Assembly (NCBI RefSeq): GCF_011386835.1 | Contig: NC_088795.1 | Location: 97,092,001-97,156,000 of the forward strand | Direction: 5' to 3' | DNA: 64,000 nucleotides | DNA from: Chrysemys picta bellii | Taxonomy: Eukaryota | Part shown: positions 26,279 to 39,344 of the stretch, in pieces | Numbering within the stretch: the first letter of the stretch is position 1 | How the letters are laid out: each line of letters begins with the position of its first letter | Notes under the pieces: model-generated | Seen by the model: the letters and a program-made list of their open reading frames with translations, nothing else | What the model was told of the DNA's origin: nothing | Databases searched by the model: none | Program-made: the position numbers and the translations under genes

Positions 26279-26774
26279 CCAGCTAGTCAGGCATGGTCCT
26301 CATCAGAAGGACTCTCTGATGGGAGAAGCCCTATATCCTTCTTTCTTCCCCCTTTAGTAACTATGAGGAAAAGCCACATAAAGAAATCCCAATAACTATC
26401 TGCTGTATACGTGTGAGGTCTAATATTGTTTTTCACTTTTGGGCAACAGCCTCTTCTATATTGTCTATTTTTTTGTCTTCATCATGTTCTTATTTTCCTG
26501 AACTAAGCTGTGGCAACTTTTTGTGCATTTGTGCACTAGATCCTTTGTACATCCTGGAAAAAAACCCTACACACCATGATATCAAGTAGGGATCCCTGCT
26601 CAAAGAATACTAACTGGAGCACCAGGTCCCTAATCTGAGAGAGGTGGAAGTGGAAGAGGGTGCTCCATTCAAGTAGCTAAAGTAATTGACTTGATTTTCT
26701 CTGGGGATGGGGGTAAGAAGGAAAAAAAAGCCTGCAACAGCTTTTGGAGCCTATAAAACACCACTTTAGGAAGA

Positions 26775-27284
26775 ACAATGAGGAGTCCTCGTGGCACCTT
26801 AGAGACTAACAAATTTATTCAGGCATAAGCTTTAGTGGGCTAAAACCCACTTCATCAGATGCCTGGAGTGGAAAATATAGTAGAGAGGTATAAATACACA
26901 GCATATGAAAAGATGGGAGTTGCCTTACCAAGTGGGGAGTCAGTGCTAACTGGCCAATTCAATTAAGGTTTGACAAGAAGGTGTGAGTATCAGCAGAGGG
27001 AAAATTAGTTTTTGTAGTGACCCATCCACTCCGAGTCTTTATTCAGGCCTAATTTGATGGTGTCCAGTTTGCAAATTAATTCCAGTTCTGCAGTTTCACA
27101 TTGGAGTGTGTTTTTGAAGTTTTTTTGTTGAAGAATTGCCACTTTTAAGTCTGTTATTGAGTGTCCAGGGAGACTGAAGTGTTCTCCTACAGGTTTTTGA
27201 ATGTTATAACTCTTGATGTCAGATTTGGGTCCATTTATTCTTTTGCTTATACAGACTAACACGGCTACCACTCTGAAATCTGTT
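26775..27284 (-). mobile_element. Penelope-like element 3' fragment with inverted terminal piece
   Basis: Encodes the GIY-YIG C-terminal part KRINGPKSDIKSYNIQKPVGEHFSLPGH...LICKLDT; inverted TACAGACTAACACGGCTACCACTCTGAAA at about 27247-27284; 12-bp flanking direct repeat. Confidence 0.93.
26823..26862 (-). ncRNA. degenerate minimal type I hammerhead ribozyme motif in the Penelope terminus
   Basis: Minus strand reads GCAT CTGATGA AGTGGG TTTTA GCCCAC TAAA GCTTA TGC: core, stem II and cleavage triplet UUA are present, but GAAA is changed to TAAA. Confidence 0.75.
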
Positions 27285-27339
27285 ACTTTAGGAAGAGGCA
27301 TTTTAAGCAACTTAATATTAAGCATTATTAATACTATTA

Positions 27340-27530
27340 TTTATTTGTGTTGTGTTAGTGCCTTGGAGCCCCAGTCATGGACCAGGTCCCTCTTGTACTA
27401 GGTGCTGTATAAACATAGAGCAAAAAGATAGATTGTAAGCTCTTCGGGGCAGGCTATAAAACAAGAGACAACAGATGATTAGAGACAGACAGATGGGGGA
27501 TCACAAGGAAACAAGGAGACATTACAATGA
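27340..27530. mobile_element. L2-like 3' tail remnants
   Basis: CTAGGTGCTGTATAAACATAGAG and GATTGTAAGCTCTTCGGGGCAGG motifs. Confidence 0.5.
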
Positions 27531-28176
27531 GATGTTATTGAATGGCTTCTTATTTAATATTTACATGTCTGTAGGGGGGATGTGTGTGAAGATCTCCTCC
27601 TAAACAATTAGCACCATAGAGGGGTCAAACCCAGATGTAAGGAAAATAGTCGTCCTGTTTTTCTCCCGGGGATAAGTTGTCCGCATCCCTTTAATACATA
27701 GTGTGTCAAGATGAAACATACCATATTCTCCACATAGTATTAAATCATGAAGAGATACCATAAGATCATCATCTTTCTTTTTTGAAAGTAGGAAGAGGTG
27801 ATAACTGCACACTTGTGTCTGCCAAATTTTCCCACATTCACACATCTTGTGGCAAAGTGCCACCTTAGAGACACTGAGGTATGTCACAGGAAGTGGGTTA
27901 GAGTCAGACATGGAGACAAACAGCATTTAGGCCTTCTATAAGTAAGATAGTAAAGCCAGTTTCATCCATCATGTTGTCTGTATCACTGGAACTTGGTACT
28001 CCTTACTTCCTCAAAACTACCACACATTAAAAAACCTCCATGCTCCAGATCATGCACATTTAGCTGAGATTACCTGATGCATATTTTTGCTGCATCATTT
28101 ATGAAACCATGTAGAAGGTGCTGGGAATGGCACATTTAGTTAGCTTAAACCAAACAGAAAACATATTGTAATAAGG

Positions 28177-28445
28177 CAGTGGTTCTCAAACTGTGGGTCA
28201 GGACCCCAAAGTGGGGTTGCCAAGGCTGGCGGGAGACTTGATGTGACTCAGGGTTGAAGCCAAAGTCCGAGCCCCACCACCCAGGGCTGAAGCCCTCAAG
28301 CTTTGGTGCCCCCCAGGGCAGCAGGGCTTGGGCTTTAGCTTGGCCCCCCGCCCTCGCCTGGGGCTCAGGCTTTGGTCTGTCTTCCCAGGGTCATGTTGTA
28401 ATTTTTGTTTTCAGAAGGGGGTGCAATGAAGTTTGAGAAATCCTG
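28177..28445. mobile_element. hAT (Charlie-like) MITE
   Basis: TIRs CAGTGGTTCTCAAACT / AGTTTGAGAAATCCTG; 8-bp TSD TAATAAGG (28169-28176) / CAATAAGG (28446-28453). Confidence 0.9.
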
Positions 28446-30198
28446 CAATAAGGTATGTCTCATCTAAGCCCCTGATTTTTTGCTAATCAATGTATGTGAA
28501 ACAGTACGTTTAACAGAAACAAGTTTACTTTTGGTGGTTATTTTTCTGCAATAAAATATATAATTTAACTAGGGACACATTATTTACATGGGAAAACGTC
28601 CCTGCTTCTGTCAAGTGGCATCAGCAATCATTGCAAACTCACTATGCAAAAAAATATTTATTCTGTTTTTCCCCAGCTTATGCATAATCACATTAGGTCA
28701 CAGCTTTCTGCTTATCTGACATAAGCCTAAGAGCTAAAGGTTGCAAACATTCTGGGCTCTGATACTGACAAGCCTCATTTCTCGAAAATGTATGCATAAT
28801 TTTAATAAAGAAGTGTCAGTATATAGCTGTCTAACTACATTAATGGACTTTATCTTTTCATGATTTAATACCACATACGGTATATTTCATTTTGATAAAC
28901 TGCATGTTAAAAGGATGCTGACATCTTGAAATTTAGTCAATTTAAGAAAATGAATTAAAGGTATTTTGAGTTGCTACACCTACCCTTGAGTTCTTCTACC
29001 AATTTTTTGTGGTTTTACAATCACATTTTCCTAGTTTTAAAATGTTCTTCTTACACCCTGTAGCTTTGTGAAATAACCTCACAAACAAAAGGAGATATTG
29101 ACTGACAGACTATAGGGGTAGGAGTGAAATTGACTAGATAGACTGGGGCTGTCAATTGTATAAAGAGAGCAAACTGGAAAAACTAGATTAGTAGTTTTAG
29201 GAGTTGTCTGGCACACCAGTGGATTTAAAAAAAATTCAAACGGAAGTGCGAGTGTTCAGTTGATGGTTTACCAATGGTATATTTTCAGCTTTGGAAAGAA
29301 AATTCTTATGCCAATTTTGCACAAAGATTAGGAAGGGAGAGAAGGGAAGGTGCATATACAATAAATACTAAAAGCTGGATGACAGGTCTTAATGTTTATT
29401 TCAAAGTAAACAAGCTAGCCTATTCTTCTTGTATAAATACAAAGTAAGTCACTTTAATATATGTTTACATTTTAACACTTCATTTTTATATTCATATATA
29501 TTATATAATGTATTCCTTTTTTCCTGTCCTAGTGTGTGTTTTTTTTCTTGGTCTTTTACTTTATATATGCCGTAGCCCAAGATATTCTTCTCAGAGATAT
29601 AGTGATCAGGGGAGTTATAGATCAGGGATGTGGATCTGAGCTTCTTTGTCAAAAGTTAATATACTGTCAGCTGGAAAGAATGAATATAATTTAATATGCT
29701 GTATTTAAACAGCTAAATTGTCCTTGTAAACTTCCCCTTGTTTAGACCTCAGCATACATCAGATGAAATAAAGACAGTTTGCAATCTTTCTGCTCTTTTT
29801 TTAATGCCTCTTTCTTTGTCACACCAAAACATCATTAAAACAGCATAATGCATGAACTGTTCTCTCTATGCAATTGCAAATTGTATTATATTCCAGAAAA
29901 AGGTCAGAACATTAGACAATTTACCAGGGCATCGAATCATGGAGGTTAAATGATCAATCATTAGTGAAATGCATGGATATTCATATGGGTTTAATTTCCT
30001 CATTTGGGGCTCTGTTCAACAGTAAATAACAGCCTGCAGCTGATTATGGGCCCTGTAGATGTAGATTGTAAGCATAATTCAAGTACACAAATTTAGCACA
30101 TGCCCCTGTCTTCTTTGAAAGTAGAGTACTCAATTATACACAATGTGAGTCTCCTCTCATTTGCCTAGAGTGAGTGTTACATACACAATGTGAAGCAA

Positions 30199-30263
30199 GG
30201 TTTCAGAGTAGCAGCCGTGTTAGTCTGTATCCGCAAAAAGAAGAACAGGAGTACTTGTGGCAC
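30199..30263 (-). mobile_element. Penelope-like terminal stub
   Basis: GGTTTCAGAGTAGCAGCCGTGTTAGTCTGTATCCGCAAAAAGAAGAACAGGAGTACTTGTGGCAC overlaps the terminus of the 17452 copy and the inverted piece of the 26775 copy. Confidence 0.9.
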
Positions 30264-31187
30264 TGGTTTGGACTCTGGTTGTATTTAGTAATCACCCCAA
30301 AGCTTGAATGCCTCACCTTTTTTTTTTTTTTTTTTTGAACATTCAGATTCTCAACTTGTCAGGCTGAGAATACCATGAAAAGAAGCTTTCCTGAAGTACC
30401 TTCATTCTGGCTGAGTTATACAAACAAACAAAATGTTGAGAGTCAAAACTATTTGAAACTCAAGAACAGTTTACTTTGAGGTTTGCCAAAGGTTTTTGGT
30501 TAGCTGTTATCCAGTTATTTCAAAGATCGCTAAAATGAGGAAAAGTTACATAAGGAGAACATTAAATAAACTTGTACACTATGATAGATGTATAACTTTG
30601 TGATAGAAGTGTGAAGGTAAGGGCTGGGGAAAATGCCTCGACATAATTGCTATGGAAATTGCATCGGCCTGCAATGTGACTAGTAAAAGAGAAATCATGG
30701 CATATCAACCCAAATAAGCCTTTTTTTTCCTTCCTCTTCCCTGCAGGAAGTATGTGAAAGCAATATTTTTTAACAAAAATATTTTCCCTCTTTACTCACT
30801 TCTACACTTAAGATAATGAAGATTTTTCTAAAAAAGAAACCTTGCTGAAAAACAGATACTAATTTTCCTACTGCAGACAAGAGAATTATTAGATATTTAT
30901 AAATCCCAAAGCATCTGTGTTTCTATCCTACCTGGAGAAACCCCAGGGATTTTCAGGGGGAATACAGTTTGGCCCACTTATGATTGGAGATGAAGAATAT
31001 TGCTTTCTGCTAGTTTACAGGCAAGAATAGATAACTATTTGTAACTTTGATCCATGTCAGGTGACTGAGGTAGGAAATAAAAGACAGTCTCTTACCAGCA
31101 CTCCTGCACCTCACACCTTTAATACTAACCTACATCTTTGTCAAACTGGAACAATAGAGCCTACTGAAATCCTTTGGTCTCAAAGGG

Positions 31188-31233
31188 AATTTACAAAGAA
31201 CTGGAGGAGGCAATTTACAAAAAACTGGAGGAG
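31188..31233. repeat. tandem duplication, period 24
   Basis: AATTTACAAAGAACTGGAGGAG (31188-31209) and AATTTACAAAAAACTGGAGGAG (31212-31233). Confidence 0.9.
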
Positions 31234-34200
31234 CTCTTCTACATTTTTCTGCAAGAAAGTGGCACTTCATAAAAATCAGAGGGTGAAATCCACCACTTAG
31301 CTACTTATTGCAGGCCCTGAGACACTGGAGACTTACAATACATTCCAGGGAGAGTAAGAAGGGGGTTATAAACTTCAAGACAAAATCAATTCCAAAAATT
31401 CAATATTTTGATTCATGCACAAGAAAAGCACATTTTCATTTTAAGAAAGCAGCTGATAGGTGCCAACATTAGCCTTTGCGTTACAGACCTAGGTCAAAAG
31501 GCCAAGTTGTCACTTTTATTTGATCAGTTAGCAGATGGACTCATTAGAGACCACATTATTTGTGGTAAAATGTATGGTCACATTAAAGCAAAGTGAATGA
31601 AAAAAAATGAACTTGACTTTACAAAGAACAGTGGGTATTTACAGGGCTAGTGAAAATGGTGCTTCCCAATTTAAAACAGTAGCAAGCAGAGAAAAAACTG
31701 AAGTGCATCTATTTAAAATGTATATGAAGGCAGAGAGACAGAATACTAGGATAAGCAAACATCAGAGACCAGATGTGCCATAACCGTGGACAGGTATTCC
31801 TAACACCACACAGAGGCATCCAGCGCAAGTGATGCAGTGTCATGAATCCAGTACAAGCAATCACTTTGCAAATGTGTATGGCTCTCAAATTGCAAAGAAA
31901 TACAAAAGCAAAACACATAGAGGAACACCTAGTGGATTGCTGGAAAGTTCTGATGAAGGTGCAGAAACAGGTGTCTGCCTACAGTATCTGAAAGAGAACT
32001 AGTTCATATTGGAAGTTTTCCTTCCCAGAGGGTTCAGTTAGAATCTTGGGCTATGCAAAAAGATACAGCAAATATCCAAATGAGCCAAAAACAGAAGAAG
32101 GAAAGCTCAAGGGCTGGTCATGAACTTTCCTGTCAAAAACAAAAGTACTGGAAAATAGGTCAATGACTCAATGTCAGTTAACATTAAAATAAAATTCTGG
32201 TGTTTTAAGTAGTGGAGTTGACTCTGCTTTCCCCTTCTGTGGTTGTACAGGAACCTTTGGCTACAGGAAAACCACCCTCCTATCAAACAGGCTTATTAAT
32301 TCTGGCATTTGCTCTTTGTAACATAACATTTCCCTTCTAAATACTGAACACTGCAGTATCACTACTGTAAACGGAAGTGTGTCAGACTCTTACCATAGAA
32401 TACTGTAATACTTTATAACAATTCTGCCAAACACAGCCTAAAAACAAATGTCATCCTCTTTAATAACATTCAGATTCTTACTGATGCTCCGTGCCAAGCT
32501 TTCAAGCCTGAATTCCTAAGCTGCATGTGATAAATGTGCACATGATGCCACTAATTGTGCAAAAACTACTTTTGTGCATGCTGACTGGTATTTGCATGTT
32601 CCAAATAGTTAACCATACCTGTAACCTTTTATTCCCATTTCCTCAAGTTAGATCCCTCCATATGAAATTTGGATCCTTGTGTCTAGCCCCATTCCTTTCC
32701 CCCATCCCAGACAGATCATTCCCTTCAATGGACTACTCATTTATATTACATTAATTCAGGATTTAAGAGTTTCCACAGCTTGATGCAAAATGTGCCATGA
32801 TGAACAATTAGAGTAGAAAAATGGGTTTCATCATACCTAATCATCCCAGTGCCAGATTTTCTCGCATGTGAGTTACATTCAGGGTATGAGATTGTTTTCA
32901 TGGAGCATTATGAAATATGGGCCACTTCATTTTTCTCCTCTAACCTTAACATGATTGTTAGATGAAGCTTGTGCTGAGATGGTTTTTTTTTCCTCTTCAG
33001 AATTCGGACGAGTGGGTGTGATTAATGTAAAGCAGGATGTCAGCTTTTCTGAGCATATTATCATTTGGATAATTATGATAGATGTCTAAGTATGAAAGGA
33101 ACAGTGGCATATTCTAATTTTAAGAACAGAAAAGCTGGCTATTACTGTATAGCTTCAGCTCAGCATTATACAGTGTTTGAAAAGACAAAAACAGATTTGT
33201 ATCCTACTTGGTAGGGAATTGAAAAGACTACTGGAGCACATAACACACAAAACAGTAGGCAGACATTGCTGGAGAGCGTCCTTGGTATTAGAATTCCTTA
33301 ACAATAGCCCAGAGTGAGAAAGAAAAGATAAATTGGCTAGACAGCATATAACAGAATAGTGTACAATTAAACAATGGAACAGGCAACCCTTTTAATATAA
33401 AAGATAGCTGTGTATTGTGCCATATGATCTTTAAAATTCATAGTCAGTGAGAAAAATCATCCACAACTTTTGTCCCTGAAGTTCCAGTGAAAGAATTTTC
33501 ACCAGTATACAACATAACCACCAATCTTCTAAACTGATCATGTGGTTACTGTAAGTGCATAGGAAAGGATTTGGGGGTACAATATTTCAAATAAATACAA
33601 GAATGAGACATTTACTTCTTAAAAGAACTAGATAATAAACCAAGCAGTGATCTCCATAAGACATGTACCTGTGAATAAGTGAAGATGACCAAATTTATAC
33701 TTTCCTGAATTGCTCCTTTTTAGTGATTGCTTTGCTTAACTGACATTATTGCTTAAGTCCAGAGTTTAGTTTTAGGAGTAGAGCAGTCTTCAGAGTAGTT
33801 TTTCTACACATCATAAGAACACTGCAACTTTAAATAATCTTCCATTTAAATAAAATAATAAACCTGCAGCAGATCAGTTCCTTGTTTAATGTTCTTCTAT
33901 AGAAAAACAGACGCAAGATCTGCTGCCATCCCATACATGTAATGTGCACTATGAAGGTAAATGATTCAGACAGAGCAAAGTCACATAAAATGCAAAGCCA
34001 CAGAGTGAGGAATCTGCTTACAGCTATTTGAACACCTTATAGCTATTTTAGTTGCTTTATGAAGCTCTGGACTCTATTGACTTCGTGACCATATGCTACC
34101 TACTTCCTAGTGGATCAGCTGATGCAGGATTTGCAGACCAGAAAATATCTATGCAAATTCATATAGTGCAGTGATTTCAAAACAACAGCGACTTCTGAGA

Positions 34201-34436
34201 GAGAGCTAACAACTCACGCATCCATTATGAGAAGTCCGTCTCCATCATTAATCCTAAGGCTACCCCAGATATATTACAGTTTAGAAGATGCTGACAATGA
34301 ATGCTTCCAAGGAAGCTTGAAAGGGATCTATAATCCTTCTGGTTTTTAATTAATTGTTTTGTCAATTTTTAGTTTTCAGTTTAAAAATCAGTATTTTCAG
34401 AGTTTCCTTATGTTAAATCTTGTGTTAATGGAGGCA

Positions 34437-35450
34437 GGTCATGGCCCTTCTGTCCCGTTTCCACTGACCTCCAAGAGAAACCATAAGGTTTTTTTAGAGA
34501 AAAATGAAAACACATTGGTGAGCCGAGACTTTCGTCATCAGATGAATCTGTTGGTGAAGAGGGATTTGGTGCCAGTTTAAAAGAATTTATTAAGACAAGT
34601 TAATGGCACAGATTCTAGACATATTAAGTCTTTGAGGTTTACTTCCTCAAATCCCTTCTGAATTTTAATTGCTTTTGAACCCTGCTATTGTCCTTGGATC
34701 AATCTCTTTTTCTTCCCATAGAATTACTGTGGGATGTCTCTGCATTATTCACACAATTCTACAGTTTTGGCATATGACTCACAGCATGGGTGCTAGCAGT
34801 GAGTGCCTGCCATTCTTTAGTGTCTGATGGAATCGCTGTCAACGTATTATAGTAGTCTAATAATAGTTGTCTCATTAGTTGTATGCATTTAAGATCCTAC
34901 CGGCACAGGACTCAGTTGTGTGTTATGGATGAAATTCAGAGAGACAGCACAAGGAATATGCGTCACTTACTCCATGCTTAAAACCTCAAGATTGGGTTTA
35001 AGTGGTGGCTTTGTGCTGGCCTTTTGTGCAGGAATGATTTTACCCCATATGCCTAGTCTTACGCTGGGGCATTGTAGAGTCTTGCTACCCCAATGACCTT
35101 CCTAAAGCAGAATTCCATACAGCTCTCCAGTGCTCAAAGGGAGTCTGCTTGCAATTATACCCCTTATGGTATGTCTACACTGCAATTAAACACCGCAGCT
35201 GGCCCATGTCAGCTGGCTCAGACTACAGGTCTGTTTAATTGTGGGGTAGATATTCAGAATCGGGCTCGATGTTTACACCCAGATAAACAGCGCTATAGCC
35301 CAACTCCCACGCACTCAAGTCAGCTGACATGGGCCAGCCGCGGGTGTTTAATTGCAGTACAGTGATACCCTTTGGGGCTACAGTATTCTCTCCTTGGTGT
35401 TCTGGGCTTACTGTGCAGGTCAGTGGAAAAGGGACAGAAGGGCTGTGACC
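34437..35450. repeat. 34-bp inverted repeat pair (34437-34470 and 35417-35450)
   Basis: The reverse complement of the left arm, AGGTCAGTGGAAACGGGACAGAAGGGCCATGACC, matches the right arm, AGGTCAGTGGAAAAGGGACAGAAGGGCTGTGACC, at 31/34 positions. Confidence 0.9.
35167..35370. mobile_element. PIF/Harbinger MITE with long TIRs
   Basis: Left end TGGTATGTCTACACTGCAATTAAACACCGCAGCTGGCCCATGTCAGCTG mirrored by CAGCTGACATGGGCCAGCCGCGGGTGTTTAATTGCAGT...ATACCC; TTA on the left, TTT on the right. Confidence 0.88.
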
Positions 35451-35550
35451 GTTCCGCCTCCTCCCCACCTCCTTTGTGGCGATGAGTGCCCCTCAAGGAA
35501 GGAGCAGTTCCTGTGATTCCCTTCAGGACAGGACTCACATTGTGACAAGT

Positions 35551-36629
35551 TGTGATGCACTGTACTTCAAACCCCCATATTCATCATTTGTATATGGCTG
35601 TGATTTCTTACAAAGCATGCCTGGTAACATACCATATGAAATGTCATTGTTCTGTCAAAATATATATTTCGTTATTGTGTATGACGTTGTTGTTGAAATA
35701 TGTTGTAAGTTTGGGAGATGCCACTGCTAGCTCTCCAGTGACGACAAAGGTGGTGACTCACACCCAAACAGACGTTAAATGACCATCATGAGCCATTGAC
35801 CAGCAGGGAAATTGTAAACAAGAGATTTACAGTTCTGTAAGAGCCAGTTACACAAGCACCACACAATGGTGTGACTCAGCCAGGCCCACTGAGACATGTC
35901 TGGTCCAGTATCTTCTCAGGGACAGTGGCATCATCCTCTCTCCTTCCCCACCTTCACTGAAGGCAACAAGAATTCTGGAAGACAAAGACTTTGACCTGAA
36001 GAGACTGGTCCCAGCCTGGGAAGGAAATTCAGCCTGTGTATTAAGAATTGTAACCTACCTGCAACATCCAGTGGGGTTAGAAAAGCTGTTTGATCCAAAT
36101 CTTACTGAGTCTTAAATTTTAGGATTTAGACTCAGATTTTATTTTTATTTCTTAGATAAGCCATCTTTGACCTTTATGTCTACCACTTATAACCACTTAA
36201 AATCTACCTGTCTGTAGTTAATAAATTTTAGTGTTTTATCTTAACCAGTGAGTTTGCCTAAAGTGCTCAGGGAATCTGCTCAGATTACAAAGGCTAGTGC
36301 ATGTCCACTATCCTTTAACAAAATGGCAAACTAATTAATGAGTTTGCATTGTTCAAGAGAAGGTCTTGAGTGGTAAGACAGTATATTTCTGGGGTGCAAG
36401 GCTAGGGGATTGCTGGTGTTTCCCTATGAGTAGTTCATGAATGGCTTAGAGAGCATTCATGCAGTGCAGCTGGGTGTGTCTCTGCATGTTGGTGGCTGAG
36501 TGATAACGGTGCCTGGAGAGGTTTGCTGCTTATCACTAGCAAAGCATCATGAGAGACAGACCAGGCTGGACAGTTAAGGGGGCACAGTGGTCCCACAGTT
36601 CCAGGTTGTACCCTGGGGATCTCATCACA
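35551..36629 (+). mobile_element. solo LTR (Gypsy-like), 1079 bp
   Basis: Perfect 7-bp terminal inversion TGTGATG...CATCACA; flanks CAAGT / CACGT (4/5 TSD); AATAAA at 36220. Confidence 0.85.
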
Positions 36630-37535
36630 CACGTACTCATGTGCTTCTACTGGAGGACATTTGAATTGGTCAGAATGCCAAATTACCCTGACCGGGGAAG
36701 ACTGTCTTCAGCAGGTAAAGTGAGATGTTGGAGAGCTAAGCCACACTCTTACAACCAGGACCAAGTAACCTTAATGCAGGGGTCTCACAGAAATGCTATT
36801 TGAAATTTTCAAAGATACTTGGTGGCTTATATCCAAGAGTGCATTATGGTACTGCCAAACCCCAGTGTGCACAATATCCCCGTCTCTCTTCCTCTAGTCC
36901 ACAAAATTGACACATGGCAAAAGTGGGCTTGGTGGAATAAAGAGAAGCTGAACTGCAGGAGTTCCACAAGGCAGTAAGAACTGAGGAGGTGAAAGCAGTG
37001 GGGAGAGGCTGAAAGAGCTTGAAGGTAAAGGAAGTTTGGAAGAAAAGTTTTTTTTCCTCCAAAACATTTCTGAAACTACTCACTAGTGGTAAAAAAGTTG
37101 GTTTTCTTCATATACATTTTCCAAAAACATGACATTTTCAAACACTGTTTTATTTTCAATACCCTTGCTGTGATTTTTTTCAGGTCTAGTGATCTCTATT
37201 AGTAATTGGTTGTGTTTACTAAATATGTGCATCAAGGGAAATGATTTCCTTTTACTTGTACACTAGATTGAAGGCATTGTAGCCTGATATTCTGTATTTT
37301 AAAAAACAAAACATATGGAAATGAGATAAAAGAAACTTATGTGTAGGAAAGTCTCATAACTTCTGCATGCCATACTCATATCTTATTTGTATTTCTGAAA
37401 TGCTTTCTTGAAAATACAATAAACTCAGCATCCCTCTGAAACCCATTAAGATGTTTTTAATGCACAAAAAAGACATTTTAAACATGCCAAATTTAATGAG
37501 GTTTTTATGCAAGCAGCTGTGGCTATGAAGCACTA

Positions 37536-37625
37536 TGGTCCAATCCTGCTCCTAATTACATCTGTGTAAGAACAATGGAGTTGCTGTGGATTTACACCAA
37601 TGTAATTTAGAGCAGAATTTGACCC
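37536..37625. mobile_element. short GGGCC-type MITE
   Basis: GGTCCAATCCTGCTC ... GAGCAGAATTTGACCC imperfect TIRs. Confidence 0.6.
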
Positions 37626-39111
37626 CAGATGGCTTGTTTGTTCATTCATTACCCTTGGAGTCTATCTCCATTTGTTGGATTCATCTCAAAGTCTCCACCC
37701 AAGTTAAAAGTTTAACTCTTATTCAGAATCAAACATGGTACCAATACCATGGTACCAAGTAAGTGGTGCTGCTGTAGGGTGATCACTTTCAGCTAGAGGT
37801 GGTCAAAAAAAATTGTTTGAAAGAAGGATTGCTGAAGAGAATTTTCCTCTCTTTTATGTCTAGTTATCCATATCCACTTATGTCTGGTCAACCATCTTTT
37901 CCACATGTAACATAAATTTTATTTCTATATACAACAAGTAGGAAAAACATGTCCTACTTGTATGCTAGCAATGTGAAACCTGTTTTCTAAAAATAATCAA
38001 GTCAGGCATCACCCACTGGAAAAATATTGTTGTTGACCTGTTTCTTCAAACCGAGCAAGTGAAGAGAAAGAACTGATGTGAGCCAGTGTACCAGAAAATG
38101 TTTTTGTTTCAGATATTATACCTGCTCTCCATTTGAGCAGCAAATATCTAATCTCAATTTTTGTGGCTCAGTTAGCCAAGGGCAGACATCAAACACCTGC
38201 TCTGTCCATTGTCCTTCACTGCCAGGACCCATTAATCTGCCAAACTAGACAGCACATCTCTATTTATTCTTTAATTGATTGGTAATACAGAGTTCTAATT
38301 GAGCTTGTAAAATGAAACTAGGAATGTCTCAGATTTGATTGGCTACTTAGGGTTCAGAACACTGTTGGATAACCTCATTGATCAAAGCTATCAGTCTTGA
38401 AAATGTTATGAGTAAATGCAAAAAATAACTATTAAAAATCCATAACACTCTAAAATGAGCAGTTCTCTGAGCTAAACTCCAATTCATAACCTACAGTGCT
38501 GGAGGGAGCAAAATCCAGCTGGCGAAAGAAAACAAAGTCAGTCAAGAAAAAAAATAAAAACTTTCCAGTTTCTTTTCTAGTAGGTTAACTCTCTAAAGTA
38601 ATACAGCAGATTGGTTATGCTGTGGTAATATTTAAAGATTGACTTGCTGAAAAAGAATAAGAATTTATTTTCAGACTGGTGCACCAGGAGATGTAGGTAT
38701 AATGTTAGAAGAATTTTATGGAACTCCCTGTTCAGCAACAGGCAAGCAGTATGGAGTGTCAAGCTTCATTAGCTCTTGAGCTGGTATAAATAGTCATTTT
38801 AAAGCCCCCTTCTTAGCTGCAACTGATAATAAATTTGATTAATGTTTTTATTCTTTATTCCAGCTAATAATGTATTCATAGGAGCAATTAAAACATTAAG
38901 AAAACAAAGTAATGACAAAACTCGACTTCTACTATGTAATACAGTATCTGATCTCAGTCTTTATATTCAATAAGTCATTCTTTAAGGACCTTTTTATGCT
39001 TTGCAATGGAAGTCTGGTTTAAGACAGGCATACCTCTCATTTTCTAAATTAATCTATCTAGGACACTCTTGATAACAATGTGTGTAAAATTGTTCATCAA
39101 CCTAGCTTTGG

Positions 39112-39312
39112 TACTTAGATGGCCCTTGCCACCAGAGTATCTGAGCACCTCACACTTTTTAATGGATTATCATCATAAGACCCCTGTGAGATAGGGAAGT
39201 TCTATTATTTCCATTTTACAGATTGTGAATGGAGGCACCCAAGAAGTCTGTGGTAAAGTAAGGAATTGAACTGAGGTCTCAGGTCTCAGGTTAGTGCCCT
39301 AACACAGCATGC
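39112..39312 (-). mobile_element. MIR-like SINE
   Basis: Minus strand has a tRNA-like head remnant, then CTGTAAAATGGAAATAATAG...CTCACAGGGG...GTGAGGTGCTCAGATAC tail. Confidence 0.7.
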
Positions 39313-39344
39313 CACAAAGAATGAGCTTAGTGCCTTGGGCTTCT

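Noticed and set aside
30720-30760. Strong plus acceptor CCCTGCAG|GAA|GTATGT as a 3-nt microexon
   Set aside because: The poly-T tract could be a simple run and there is no supporting gene context.
31188-31233. Direct repeats as a CRISPR-like array
   Set aside because: Only two units, 2-bp spacer, vertebrate DNA; a simple tandem duplication.
32985-33090. Plus acceptor TTTTTTTTCCTCTTCAG|A
   Set aside because: No good donor before stops in any frame.
34530-34541. Minus-strand CTGATGACGAAA, both hammerhead core halves adjacent
   Set aside because: No stem II between the halves, and no stem I/III or cleavage triplet can be drawn.
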